Origin: Vulcanimicrobiales bacterium
GTDB taxonomy: Bacteria; Vulcanimicrobiota; Vulcanimicrobiia; Vulcanimicrobiales; Vulcanimicrobiaceae
Assembly (NCBI GenBank): GCA_038231455.1
Contig: JBBRLI010000006.1
Span: forward strand, 64,001 to 128,000
Direction: 5' to 3'
DNA: 64,000 bases
A program made the translations under genes and the position numbers. Of this stretch, positions 20,169 to 28,994 are shown piece after piece (the first letter of the stretch is position 1; each line of letters opens with the position of its first letter). The notes beneath the pieces were generated by a model. That model saw only the letters and a program-made list of their open reading frames with translations. It was not told the DNA's origin and did no database searches.

Positions 20169-20677
20169 CGGCAAATGCCGCGGCGCACGAGACGGCGGAA
20201 TTCCGCCGCCATCGCGCGTCGGTCGGCGTTGAAGTCGGGTTGCAGCGTCATCACAAGGCCGCGCGGCGTCGACCAAATGTAGCCGTTTGCGCGCTGGGCG
20301 TGCAACGTTGGGAAGGTGTGCACATCCGTGCATTCGCCTTCTTTTTTTGCGCTCGCGTAGGCGACGAGCGATTGGCCACGCTGCGGCCACTCGGAGAGCG
20401 CAAATCGTTTTCCATTCATCGCGTACTCGAGGCCGATGCCCCAGTTTTTCGGGTTATCGCCGCCAAAGAATGCGGGCAACATCGCAACGTCGATATAGTC
20501 GCGCGCCGGCAAGTACGGCCGGAAGGCGACTTTGCGGCGTGCTTCATCGAGCGAGAATGTTTTTCCGCGACTACCGATGAGGGTTGGCTCGGGTGTTGCG
20601 ACCGGGGCAGCGGCTTTCGCCGTGCAACCGGCGCACGCGATGATGAGGACCGCTGCGAGAAAAGCACGCGCGTTCAT
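20165..20677 (-). CDS. Putative lipoprotein
   Basis: Hydrophobic N-terminus with CAGC lipobox-like motif. Confidence 0.65.
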   Translation of the reverse strand: MNARAFLAAVLIIACAGCTAKAAAPVATPEPTLIGSRGKTFSLDEARRKVAFRPYLPARDYIDVAMLPAFFGGDNPKNWGIGLEYAMNGKRFALSEWPQRGQSLVAYASAKKEGECTDVHTFPTLHAQRANGYIWSTPRGLVMTLQPDFNADRRAMAAEFRRLVRRGICR

Positions 20678-20702
20678 AGAGAGAGCCGCTTCGGAGCCGG
20701 GA

Positions 20703-21245
20703 CTACATCGTCCCGCGGATTTTTCCGAGCTTGGTTTCGCCGGTCTTCACATTCCAGCTAAGATGGTCGACGTGGAGCACGATGTCGCCCTGGGTGAAGG
20801 TGCTTGGGTGCGCGAGCACCAGCGTTTGGCTAAATGAGTTCCAGACGGCCGAATCGCTTGTGAACGTGCGCACTTTGCCGTTCTCGGGGGCTTGGATCGT
20901 GACCGGCCCGGTCAGCGAGAAATCGTTCGAAGCGGTGTTGATCGTTGCGTGTTGTGCCTGGAGGCGCACGGGAGGCTTCCCTTTGCGGAAAAGCTTGCCG
21001 TCGCGGATGCCGTCGAGGTCTGCCGTTACCTGATCGGTGCTCATGCGGATCCGGTCGTAATCCAGCGACCACGAGCGGCCGTCGAGCCGGTGTCCCTCGG
21101 CCTGACCGTGCTGGATCGTTGTCGGTTGGAGCGTAGGCGCCGCCGGCGTATCGAGGCCCGCCTGGTAGATGCCGAGCCCGAAACCGATGACCGCGATGAG
21201 GCCGACCGTCCAGGCGACGGGCTTGAACCAGCGCGGCAGCGTCAT
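20703..21245 (-). CDS. lptC: LptC-like LPS export periplasmic protein
   Basis: Single N-terminal TM helix, beta-jellyroll-like pattern, lpt context. Confidence 0.6.
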   Translation of the reverse strand: MTLPRWFKPVAWTVGLIAVIGFGLGIYQAGLDTPAAPTLQPTTIQHGQAEGHRLDGRSWSLDYDRIRMSTDQVTADLDGIRDGKLFRKGKPPVRLQAQHATINTASNDFSLTGPVTIQAPENGKVRTFTSDSAVWNSFSQTLVLAHPSTFTQGDIVLHVDHLSWNVKTGETKLGKIRGTM

Positions 21246-22735
21246 GCCTTACGCCGTACGAGGAATGGGCCGAGTGCCAAAACCAGGAGCGCGAATCCGA
21301 TTGGCTGCGGGCCGATGTTCGCGTACGGGCCGGGCTGTGGTACCCCGACGGTGCCGACGACGACGGTTTGCGTGTCGAGTTCCGAGGCTTGGGTGTAGCG
21401 GCCGTCCGGCGCGATGATCCCCGAGACGCCGGTGGACGCCGCTCGCAGAACCCAGCGTCCCGTCTCGATCGCGCGAAGCGAGGCGATTTGCGCGTGTTGG
21501 TAGGGGCCGGCAGACTCGCCGAACCACGCATCGTCGGTTGCGACGGTAAGCAACTGTGACCCGTGCTGCGCCTGATCGACCGCCAGACCTCCGAACATCG
21601 ACTCCCAGCAGATGAGCGGCGAGAACGCCAGACCGTTCGGATCGATGATGCCGCGATCGGTCCCGCGCGAAAAATCGGAGATGAGATTCGTAAAAGGCAA
21701 ACTTCGCAGCGCCGCACCGCCGGGAAGAAACTCGGCGAACGGAACGAGTTGGCGTTTGCGATAGATCGCCATCGGCGCGCCGCCGGTGCCGTACACCCAG
21801 AGCGCGTTGTAGTAGCCTGCGGTATCTGCTTGAAACGCACCGACGACGAGCATCGCGTCGAGCGATTTTGCTAGCGCCCCGAATTGCATGGAAAGTCCGG
21901 CGTTCGCGGGGTTTCCAAGATCCGTTGTGATAACGGTCTCGGGCCAGAGAATCAACCGCACGTGCTGGTTTGCAAGCGTTTTCGTTCGTGTGGTGTAGCG
22001 GTCGATCGCGAGCTTAAGCGATTCGCCGGAATGTTCGTTCTTGAGTGACTGCTTGATATCGCCTTGTACGGCTGCAACGCGTGTGGTCGGCGTGAGGATT
22101 GCGCGAGCGGGCCACGCGAAATTCGCCGCGACCGTCGCGACGATCACCGTACCGACGACGACCGCACATGCGCGCACGCGTTCGCGCGAACGATCGAGTA
22201 CCGCCGCAGCTGCATACGCCGCCGATATCGCCACCGCGAACGTGAGTCCATACCCGCCGACGAATGCCGCAAGCGGCGCAAGCGGTGTGGACACGAACGG
22301 AGGAGCAATCTGTCCGAGCGGCACGCCGAGCGTTCCACTGCTGCGTAGCCATTCGAACACCACGAACGCCGCCGCGGCGACGAGCGGCACCAGCGGCGCG
22401 GCAACGTGGCGCACGGCATACGCCGTGACCAAGCCCGCAAGCGCGAAGGCAAAGGCCTCGGCTACGGCAGGCCCGCACGAGAGCAGAAAGGCGAAAGGCC
22501 CAAGAAACGCGCCGGCCGTCTCACCGAACCACGAAAAGCAGAGCGCGAAGTACAAAAATCCCGCAACATATCCTAGGCCAAAGGCGGCTTTGGGTTTTGC
22601 GCGCATCCAAACGGCAAAGAGACCCGTAAGTGCAACGGGGCTTAGCCAAGCCGCGTTCAGCTTGGGGAAGGCCGCCGCAAGAGCGAGCGCACACAACAAA
22701 ACGACGGCGATCGGCGCCGCGCGTGAGGGATTCAT
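21242..22735 (-). CDS. lnt: Apolipoprotein N-acyltransferase
   Basis: TM N-terminus; WPET, YRKRQLVPFAE, ICWES nitrilase triad; QHAQIASLRAIETGR. Confidence 0.93.
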   Translation of the reverse strand: MNPSRAAPIAVVLLCALALAAAFPKLNAAWLSPVALTGLFAVWMRAKPKAAFGLGYVAGFLYFALCFSWFGETAGAFLGPFAFLLSCGPAVAEAFAFALAGLVTAYAVRHVAAPLVPLVAAAAFVVFEWLRSSGTLGVPLGQIAPPFVSTPLAPLAAFVGGYGLTFAVAISAAYAAAAVLDRSRERVRACAVVVGTVIVATVAANFAWPARAILTPTTRVAAVQGDIKQSLKNEHSGESLKLAIDRYTTRTKTLANQHVRLILWPETVITTDLGNPANAGLSMQFGALAKSLDAMLVVGAFQADTAGYYNALWVYGTGGAPMAIYRKRQLVPFAEFLPGGAALRSLPFTNLISDFSRGTDRGIIDPNGLAFSPLICWESMFGGLAVDQAQHGSQLLTVATDDAWFGESAGPYQHAQIASLRAIETGRWVLRAASTGVSGIIAPDGRYTQASELDTQTVVVGTVGVPQPGPYANIGPQPIGFALLVLALGPFLVRRKA

Positions 22736-23516
22736 GGTTCGTACACTTGCTCTAGTCGTCGTCATGTTCTCGCTGATGCTTGCGGCGTGTGGCCGTCAGG
22801 TGACCGGACTCAATGGTTCGGGGACGACCAACTCGATTCCAAGCGGTCAGATGCTGATCCGCTTTCGGACGCTTGCGCCCCTCGACCTCACGGCCAACCG
22901 CTACGTGATTGTCTTCAACACGATCGGTAACGGGCAGCAGCCCTATGCGAACGGGTTCATAACGGGCCTCACCAACTATTCGTTCACGTTCGTCGTCGGC
23001 GCGACCGGCGGTGTCGCGCAGTTCCCGCTCCTCAACGAGTACTATTTCCCGCCCGGCTCGCAGCAAGCACAGTCATTCAGCGTGCCGATTAACTCGCAGC
23101 AAGTGCAGTTCAACCCCAATTCCAACGGCAGCGGCACGGAGTTCACGCTGACCTTCCAGCGCACCGCCCTCCTGTGTGCACCCGTCCCGAACCCTGCGGC
23201 ATCGCCGTCGGCCACACCCTCCGCGACCCCCACGCCCGCACCGACCGGAACGGGCGCAACGCCGGCCCCGTCCCCCACGCCCGCCTGCGCGACGCTCGGC
23301 GGTCGCTCGTCGACCTGGAATATCAACTTCATCACAACAGACGCGAATAGTCTGCCGATCGATGCGCTCGGTGCCTCGGGCAAAGACGACGTGTCCTTCC
23401 AGCTGCAAGTCGACACGACGACCTCCTTCGATAAGCAGATTCAGCGCGCAACGCAGCTTCAGATCAACCCGCAAAGCGCGCAGATCGCCGGCGGCGAAAT
23501 CATCAATTCACCGTAG
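22734..23516 (+). CDS. Lipoprotein, hypothetical
   Basis: MVRTLALVVVMFSLMLAACGRQ lipobox; PT/PS linker flanked by two Cys. Confidence 0.75.
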   Translation: MVRTLALVVVMFSLMLAACGRQVTGLNGSGTTNSIPSGQMLIRFRTLAPLDLTANRYVIVFNTIGNGQQPYANGFITGLTNYSFTFVVGATGGVAQFPLLNEYYFPPGSQQAQSFSVPINSQQVQFNPNSNGSGTEFTLTFQRTALLCAPVPNPAASPSATPSATPTPAPTGTGATPAPSPTPACATLGGRSSTWNINFITTDANSLPIDALGASGKDDVSFQLQVDTTTSFDKQIQRATQLQINPQSAQIAGGEIINSP

Positions 23517-23545
23517 CTCCCCGCGAAAGCGGGTAAGGACTTCCT

Positions 23546-23713
23546 ATGAGCACACACACCCAACCGTGCGAACACGCGGAATGTCACTGCGTCGTCGTGG
23601 GTCCCGTCGAGGGCGCCTCATACTGCAGCGACGTTTGCCGCGAGCGCGACAATCAAAGCGAAGAGATGGAAGTCGGCTGCGAGTGCGGCCACTCACCCTG
23701 CGACTCGGAGTAG
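23546..23713 (+). CDS. Bacterial metallothionein-like protein (55 aa)
   Basis: RBS AAGGA; MSTHTQPCEHAECHCVVVGPVEGASYCSDVCRERDNQSEEMEVGCECGHSPCDSE; 8 Cys, 4 His. Confidence 0.8.
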   Translation: MSTHTQPCEHAECHCVVVGPVEGASYCSDVCRERDNQSEEMEVGCECGHSPCDSE

Positions 23714-23714
23714 C

Positions 23715-26309
23715 TTAGTAGTTTCCGAAGGATTGCGGAATGATCGGTCCTTGGCTCCCGAGGCCGAAGTTTGCAGAGCGGCTCGGGAACGCTAAGAGTT
23801 CGATTCCCACGTTGACCGTTTTGAGGCTCTGGTTGTACTGGAGCCGCACTTCGTAACAATTCCCGACGATGTGGCTGTAATAGATCGTCTTGTTCTCGAG
23901 TCGGCCGCGCGCTTTCCAATTCACGTTGGTGAAGAACTGCAATTCACTATCGCGCCCGAAGGGCGTGAGAATCTGTACGTTGGTCGTGGCAAAACCGTTG
24001 CCGGGTCCTGGCACGTACGCGCCGCCGAGCGCGACGGAGGAGCGGCGCGAGGGACGGGCGCTCAGCTGATAGCTCAACGGCTGTGCTTGGCGGTTGAAGA
24101 ACGTGCCGTCCGAGAGCGTGAGCACGTACGAATCGCCATTGAAGATGCGCAGCACGTCTTGCGCCCCATGCGATGCTCCCGAGATAATCTCGTAGGTTTT
24201 GAACGGTTCGGCCTGCGGCCCGTTGGAGTTGTTCTCGTTGTATTGGATGAGGTTACTGAAATGCGTGCCTAGCGGCGTCGTCAGCGTCATATTCTGCGCG
24301 ACTGATGCTTTGAGATCGCCGGTCCCGAACGCGTCTTGCTTGACGTTTACACCGGCGGAGAAATCACTGCGACCGAGGTGTAAGAGCGCGGGACCGAAGT
24401 TGAACGCCCCTTCGTAAGCTTCGGTCGCGATGCCGGTTTGGCGTTCGCTGTATTCGCCGATCGTAAACTGGGTGCTGATCGGAAACGCGCGGAAGCGCGG
24501 CAAGAGGTTATTTGGGCGGATCTGCAATTCGGGAAGCTTGTCGATGCCCGAGGGTGCGGCCGATTCCGTCTTGTCGATCGTCAGATCGTAGCTTGCGCCG
24601 AGACTCTGCAAGTGCGTGAGCGTATTGAAGTGCAGCGTGTCGATCTTCGTTTTGGCCGTCGTCGTCGTGGCGTTGGTGGTGTTGGTGGTGTAGCTGATGT
24701 TCTCGGCTTGCGTGAGGTTCTGCGTGATCGTGCGCTGATCGACAAAGCCGAAGTTGTTCGAACTCTGATAGCCGCTCGTTTGATTGCGCTGGAACGTGTA
24801 GGACTGCGAGGTCTTCCCCGCCGCGTGCGCGACCGATCCGTTGTAATTGTAGTTTGGTGGGAGGCTGATGCCCGTCCCGTAGTTGCCCGTGTAGGCGGCG
24901 CTAAATTGTCCGCGCAACGTTGGCGAGAAATTCTCGGACTCATCGACATTCAGGTTCGTCGCCGTCGAATTCGAGTACCCGCGATATTTGCGCGAGAAGA
25001 CGTTAACGTTCGCGAGGCGCTTGTTGTTCTTGCGTTTGAACGTCGCGACGTAGCCCAAACCGTAGCCGGTCTTTTGATAATATTCCAGGCGATAGTAGCC
25101 GAAGTAATCGTCGCTCGGAGCAAATCCCAAACGCGCGCGAACGTAGACGCCGTCGACCTGTGAGTAACCGATCTCCGGGATGAAGCCGGCGGCTTTATTC
25201 GGACCTTGATCGTGTTTGAGCGGAATGATCAGCACGGGGATATAGAGGATCGCGAGTGCTCCAAGAAAGAGCACGGCGCTGCGCGCGATGAGTTTGTCAT
25301 CGGGCTTGAGGTCGATGCTCTTGGCTTCGACGTGATAGCCGCCGCGCGGATTCTCGCACGTCGTAAACGACGCACGGTCACCGTGTGAATTGCCGTTGCG
25401 ATCGGTCGTAAGCGTCTTTGCTTTGAAATAAAATTTGCCGCGCTCGACGCCTTGCGTGGTCTCGCCATGCCCGTTGAGCAGCGTGGCTTTGCGCGTGACC
25501 GTATCGAAGCGAATCGAATCGGCGTAGATGACCGAGTCTTCAAGCTTATTGCGGATGTACGGGTGCCCGGTCATATCGATATAGCGCTTGCCGTCATAGT
25601 GCGCGTGGTCGGCGACGATGACGCCATCGGTATAGAGCAAGTTGACGTTGCCATCCGCATCGGCGGGTTCGCCGTCGTTCGTATTTCCGGTTACTTGATC
25701 GGCGAGAATCGCAAACTCGCTAATGCCGAGCGTTGGCACGGGCTTCGGCGTGTCGCTTGGCGTAGCGCTCGGCGCCGCGCTTGCGGATGCCGATGCGCCC
25801 GTCGCTGGTGAGCCGCTTGGACTTGGACTCGGCGTCGGTGTGACGCGTTGGAGTAAAACGGGACCTGATGATGCGCTAGCACTTGGCGAGGGCGTGGGAA
25901 TCGGCGGTGGAGACGGGGCGCCCGGTGTCGGCGTCGGTAGCGGAATGAGCAACTGCGTCGGCCCATTGGGTGCGCGTGGCACGGGGATGAGTGTCGGCGA
26001 CGGACTCGGACTAGGTGATGCGCTCGCGCTCGCAGTTGGACTTGCGCTTGCACCCTCACTCGGAACGGGCGAGGGGCTCGTCACTTGCGCGACCGTAAGC
26101 GGTTCGCGCGTCTCGCGCGTGTCGCGCGTGTCGCGCGTCGCGTGTGTGGCGCACGAATGCGAGGCGAGCAGGTCGAGCGCTCGATTCGCGTCTGCGGACG
26201 TCGAATCAGCCGCAGCCGGGGCGGCGGATGCGGGCAGCGTATGTCCGAGAACGAGCACGAGCGCAACGAACGTGGCGAGCCACGCGCGTGCGGGAGCGAT
26301 TCGAATCAA
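23715..26309 (-). CDS. lptD: LptD-like LPS assembly outer-membrane protein
   Basis: Signal peptide, PS-rich linker, OstA-like region, ASFTTCENP..YHV.A motif, beta-barrel-like C-terminus; ORF extends to 26375. Confidence 0.75.
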   Translation of the reverse strand: MIRIAPARAWLATFVALVLVLGHTLPASAAPAAADSTSADANRALDLLASHSCATHATRDTRDTRETREPLTVAQVTSPSPVPSEGASASPTASASASPSPSPSPTLIPVPRAPNGPTQLLIPLPTPTPGAPSPPPIPTPSPSASASSGPVLLQRVTPTPSPSPSGSPATGASASASAAPSATPSDTPKPVPTLGISEFAILADQVTGNTNDGEPADADGNVNLLYTDGVIVADHAHYDGKRYIDMTGHPYIRNKLEDSVIYADSIRFDTVTRKATLLNGHGETTQGVERGKFYFKAKTLTTDRNGNSHGDRASFTTCENPRGGYHVEAKSIDLKPDDKLIARSAVLFLGALAILYIPVLIIPLKHDQGPNKAAGFIPEIGYSQVDGVYVRARLGFAPSDDYFGYYRLEYYQKTGYGLGYVATFKRKNNKRLANVNVFSRKYRGYSNSTATNLNVDESENFSPTLRGQFSAAYTGNYGTGISLPPNYNYNGSVAHAAGKTSQSYTFQRNQTSGYQSSNNFGFVDQRTITQNLTQAENISYTTNTTNATTTTAKTKIDTLHFNTLTHLQSLGASYDLTIDKTESAAPSGIDKLPELQIRPNNLLPRFRAFPISTQFTIGEYSERQTGIATEAYEGAFNFGPALLHLGRSDFSAGVNVKQDAFGTGDLKASVAQNMTLTTPLGTHFSNLIQYNENNSNGPQAEPFKTYEIISGASHGAQDVLRIFNGDSYVLTLSDGTFFNRQAQPLSYQLSARPSRRSSVALGGAYVPGPGNGFATTNVQILTPFGRDSELQFFTNVNWKARGRLENKTIYYSHIVGNCYEVRLQYNQSLKTVNVGIELLAFPSRSANFGLGSQGPIIPQSFGNY
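26104..26139. repeat. Four 9-bp tandem repeats inside lptD (TRD/TRE)
   Basis: TCGCGCGTS x4. Confidence 0.8.
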
Positions 26310-26311
26310 CC

Positions 26312-27484
26312 TTACCGGTCTTCTTGAAAGATGAGAATCCCGCCCGCGATTGCGAGCACGATATTCGGTGTCCATGCAGCAACGTACGGATCGAGCACAT
26401 TGTTCTTCGCAAGTGCGGCGGTCGTTGCCGAGAGTGCGTAGTAAACGAAGAGCATTAGCCCCGAGAGCGTCATGCCGAGCGCCCGGCCTTTTTTGCCGAA
26501 CTTCACCGCGAGCGGCAGCGCGATAATGATCGAGATCATTGCCGCAAACGGATAGGCAAGCTTCTGCGCCAGGGTTATTTTGCGCAAGACAAGATCGGGT
26601 CCACCGAAGCCCGTTTGCTCGCGCACCTTGATATCTTTACTGAGCGTCTTGCTGTCCATGGTGTACGGGTCTTGCGAAGACGAACTCAGGAACTCGTTTT
26701 GCATTTCGCCGAGGGGTAAGCCGATCGAGACGTCTTGGCCAACAACGACACCCGCAACGTTGCCGGTGGGGCCATACGTTGTTATGCGCGTGTCGAGCAG
26801 CTTCAACGTCGAGCCCTCGATGTATGCTTTTTGAGCCGTAGTCGTTTTGATAAAATTCGATGTCCGACCGCGTTCGAAGATCATGACGTCGTTCATCGTC
26901 TTCTTGTCGGTTGCTGCATCGACCGCGACATGGCCGACGTAAAACGTACGGCCCGTCATCGGATCCTGGCGGAAAATTTGCGGATCGATCGGCAACGTCG
27001 TCGTCTTGTACACAATTTGATAGAACGTGCGCGTCGAGAGGTCCGTCGTGACCGGCACGAGTTTCTCGTCGATTGCGTAGGAGAGTCCGAAGATCGCGAT
27101 GCCCATGATCAGCGGTGTGCGTGCGATGCGCCAAAATGGGACACCCGATGTACGCAAAGCGGTCATCTCGTTGTCGGCGACGAGTCGGCCGAACGCGATG
27201 AGCGTGCCGAAGAGACACGCGAACGGAAAGGCAAGTGGCGTCGCTTGCGGCACGCGGAAGAGCAAGAAGCGCATCACGAGAAAAAACGGCGCGCCTTTGT
27301 TGATGATGTAGTCGGCGGCGACGAAAAAGATGTTGATGAACCAGAAGAGCAAGAACGCGCCGAACCCATAGACCAGCGGCGGCCACATCTCGTTCAGAAT
27401 ATATTGGTCGAGAATCGGCAGCAATCTGCCAAGTGGTGAGATCGGGGCGAAGGCGACGTTGCGCCGCGCCGGGATCGAAGCCAT
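26312..27484 (-). CDS. LptF/LptG family permease
   Basis: ILDQYIL, GRLVADNEMTALRTSG, AAWTPNI. Confidence 0.92.
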   Translation of the reverse strand: MASIPARRNVAFAPISPLGRLLPILDQYILNEMWPPLVYGFGAFLLFWFINIFFVAADYIINKGAPFFLVMRFLLFRVPQATPLAFPFACLFGTLIAFGRLVADNEMTALRTSGVPFWRIARTPLIMGIAIFGLSYAIDEKLVPVTTDLSTRTFYQIVYKTTTLPIDPQIFRQDPMTGRTFYVGHVAVDAATDKKTMNDVMIFERGRTSNFIKTTTAQKAYIEGSTLKLLDTRITTYGPTGNVAGVVVGQDVSIGLPLGEMQNEFLSSSSQDPYTMDSKTLSKDIKVREQTGFGGPDLVLRKITLAQKLAYPFAAMISIIIALPLAVKFGKKGRALGMTLSGLMLFVYYALSATTAALAKNNVLDPYVAAWTPNIVLAIAGGILIFQEDR

Positions 27485-27491
27485 CAGCGAA

Positions 27492-27965
27492 CTATTTTCC
27501 GCCGAACGCCGCCGTCACACGGGCGACGTACGCGCGCGTCTCGGCGAAGTTCGGGACGCCGTGCGCGGCATCGACGGCCCCGGGGCCTGCGTTATACGCC
27601 GCGACGGCAAGGGTGACGTTGCCGCGATAGCGCGCGAGTAAATCGTGGAGGTAGCGCGTGCCGCCGCTGACGTTGGCCCACGGGTCAAACGGGTTGCCGA
27701 CGCCGTACTGAGCAGCCGTGCCCGGCATGAGCTGCATGAGCCCTTGCGCCCCGGAACGCGAGATGGCACTTGGATCGCCATTGGATTCCGCCGAAATCAT
27801 CGCAGAGACGAGGCGCTCCGGCACGTCGTTTGCAAGTGACTCCTGGTGGACGATCGTCTGAAGCGTCCCGGGGGCCACCGAGTGGGTGCCGCCGGGCACA
27901 AGGCCATTCGAGCCGCACCCGAAGAGTGAGCCAAGGAGAACGGCGATAAGGAGACGGCGCTTCAC
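27492..27965 (-). CDS. Lytic transglycosylase (SLT domain) lipoprotein
   Basis: AES, GAQGLMQLMP, AAYNAGPG, ETRAYV; LFGC lipobox. Confidence 0.92.
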   Translation of the reverse strand: MKRRLLIAVLLGSLFGCGSNGLVPGGTHSVAPGTLQTIVHQESLANDVPERLVSAMISAESNGDPSAISRSGAQGLMQLMPGTAAQYGVGNPFDPWANVSGGTRYLHDLLARYRGNVTLAVAAYNAGPGAVDAAHGVPNFAETRAYVARVTAAFGGK

Positions 27966-28067
27966 AGATGAGCTTCTTTCGGGTGGTTCAAAAAAGCCGC
28001 CTCTCGGAACGAGTCGACTCTCCTTAGTATCGGCAACGTGCTCCGGCAGAAAGAGTTCCCCGAACGC

Positions 28068-28229
28068 TCACTTTGAGGCGCGCCTTGACGAATCGAGCCC
28101 GACAAATACGGCATAGAACGTGCCGAGTGACAAGCAGGCGCACGATCCGATCGCGATCGCGAGGGCGAAGGGACCGACCCAGAGTGCCATGACCGCCGCG
28201 ATTTCCACAAGGAGCGCTGTGCCGATCAA
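28068..28229 (-). CDS. Small two-TM membrane protein (about 53 aa)
   Basis: TTG start; LIGTALLVEIAAVMALWVGPFALAIAIGSCACLSLGTFYAVFVGLDSSRRASK; not in ORF track. Confidence 0.5.
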   Translation of the reverse strand: MIGTALLVEIAAVMALWVGPFALAIAIGSCACLSLGTFYAVFVGLDSSRRASK

Positions 28230-28354
28230 CCATGCCGTTCTTGAGATGGGCCCCCCGGGAGTTTCAGCGGAAAGGATATGATGGTATTGCGCGTTCTACT
28301 GTCCAAGCGCGACTGGAGCCGCTATCCGGCGGTCGGCCCAACGTTGGAGGTTTG

Positions 28355-28933
28355 TTGAAACGTTTCATTGCGGCCGGTTTTTTCTCAGCCTTGCTGCTCG
28401 CCTCAAGCGTGTGCTCGGCTGCCGAGCCGCTCTCCGACGAGCAACGTCTTGCGGAACAGCGCACGGCAATGATGCGTTTCGCGTTGCTGGATGGCGTCTG
28501 GCGCGGTCCGGCAACGACGACGCTTCGCGACGGAACCCGGCGAACAATCACGCAGACGGAACGCATCGGACCATTTCTCGACGGAACGGTACGCGTAATC
28601 GAAGGCCGCGGATATGACGAAAACGGCGTCGTCCGTTTCAATGCTTTCGGAACGATCTCATACGATCCCTCAACGCAAGCGTTCACGCTGCATTCTTACG
28701 CCCAGAGCTACGTTGGCGATTATCCGTTTCTAGCAACGGCCGATGGCTACGAGTGGACGTTCCCGGCGGGACCCGTGCGCATCCGCTACACGGCAAAAAT
28801 CGCCGATGGAAATTTTCGCGAAATTGGGGAGCGGATTCTTCCCGGCGCTCCGACGGTAACGATTTTTGAGATGAACCTCCGACGGATCGCGGATGCGACC
28901 TGGCCGGCAGGTGGGGCAGTCGCTCCGCGCTGA
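28355..28933 (+). CDS. Secreted DUF1579-like protein
   Basis: RBS GGAGG plus TTG; signal peptide; LDGVWRG, QTERIGPFLDG, FEMNLRR. Confidence 0.7.
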   Translation: MKRFIAAGFFSALLLASSVCSAAEPLSDEQRLAEQRTAMMRFALLDGVWRGPATTTLRDGTRRTITQTERIGPFLDGTVRVIEGRGYDENGVVRFNAFGTISYDPSTQAFTLHSYAQSYVGDYPFLATADGYEWTFPAGPVRIRYTAKIADGNFREIGERILPGAPTVTIFEMNLRRIADATWPAGGAVAPR

Positions 28934-28994
28934 GCCAGTGACCGTGTCGGAGGATGCACGCCTGCCGTGGAACCGGTGACCAACCGGTCCCGCT

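Noticed and set aside
23512-23536. SigB promoter for the metallothionein gene
   Set aside because: GGGTAA is present but there is no GTTT -35
27966-28067. c-di-AMP or c-di-GMP riboswitch, or sigma-28 promoter (GCCGATAC), upstream of slt
   Set aside because: Conserved riboswitch cores are not seen and there is no TAAA -35 at the right spacing
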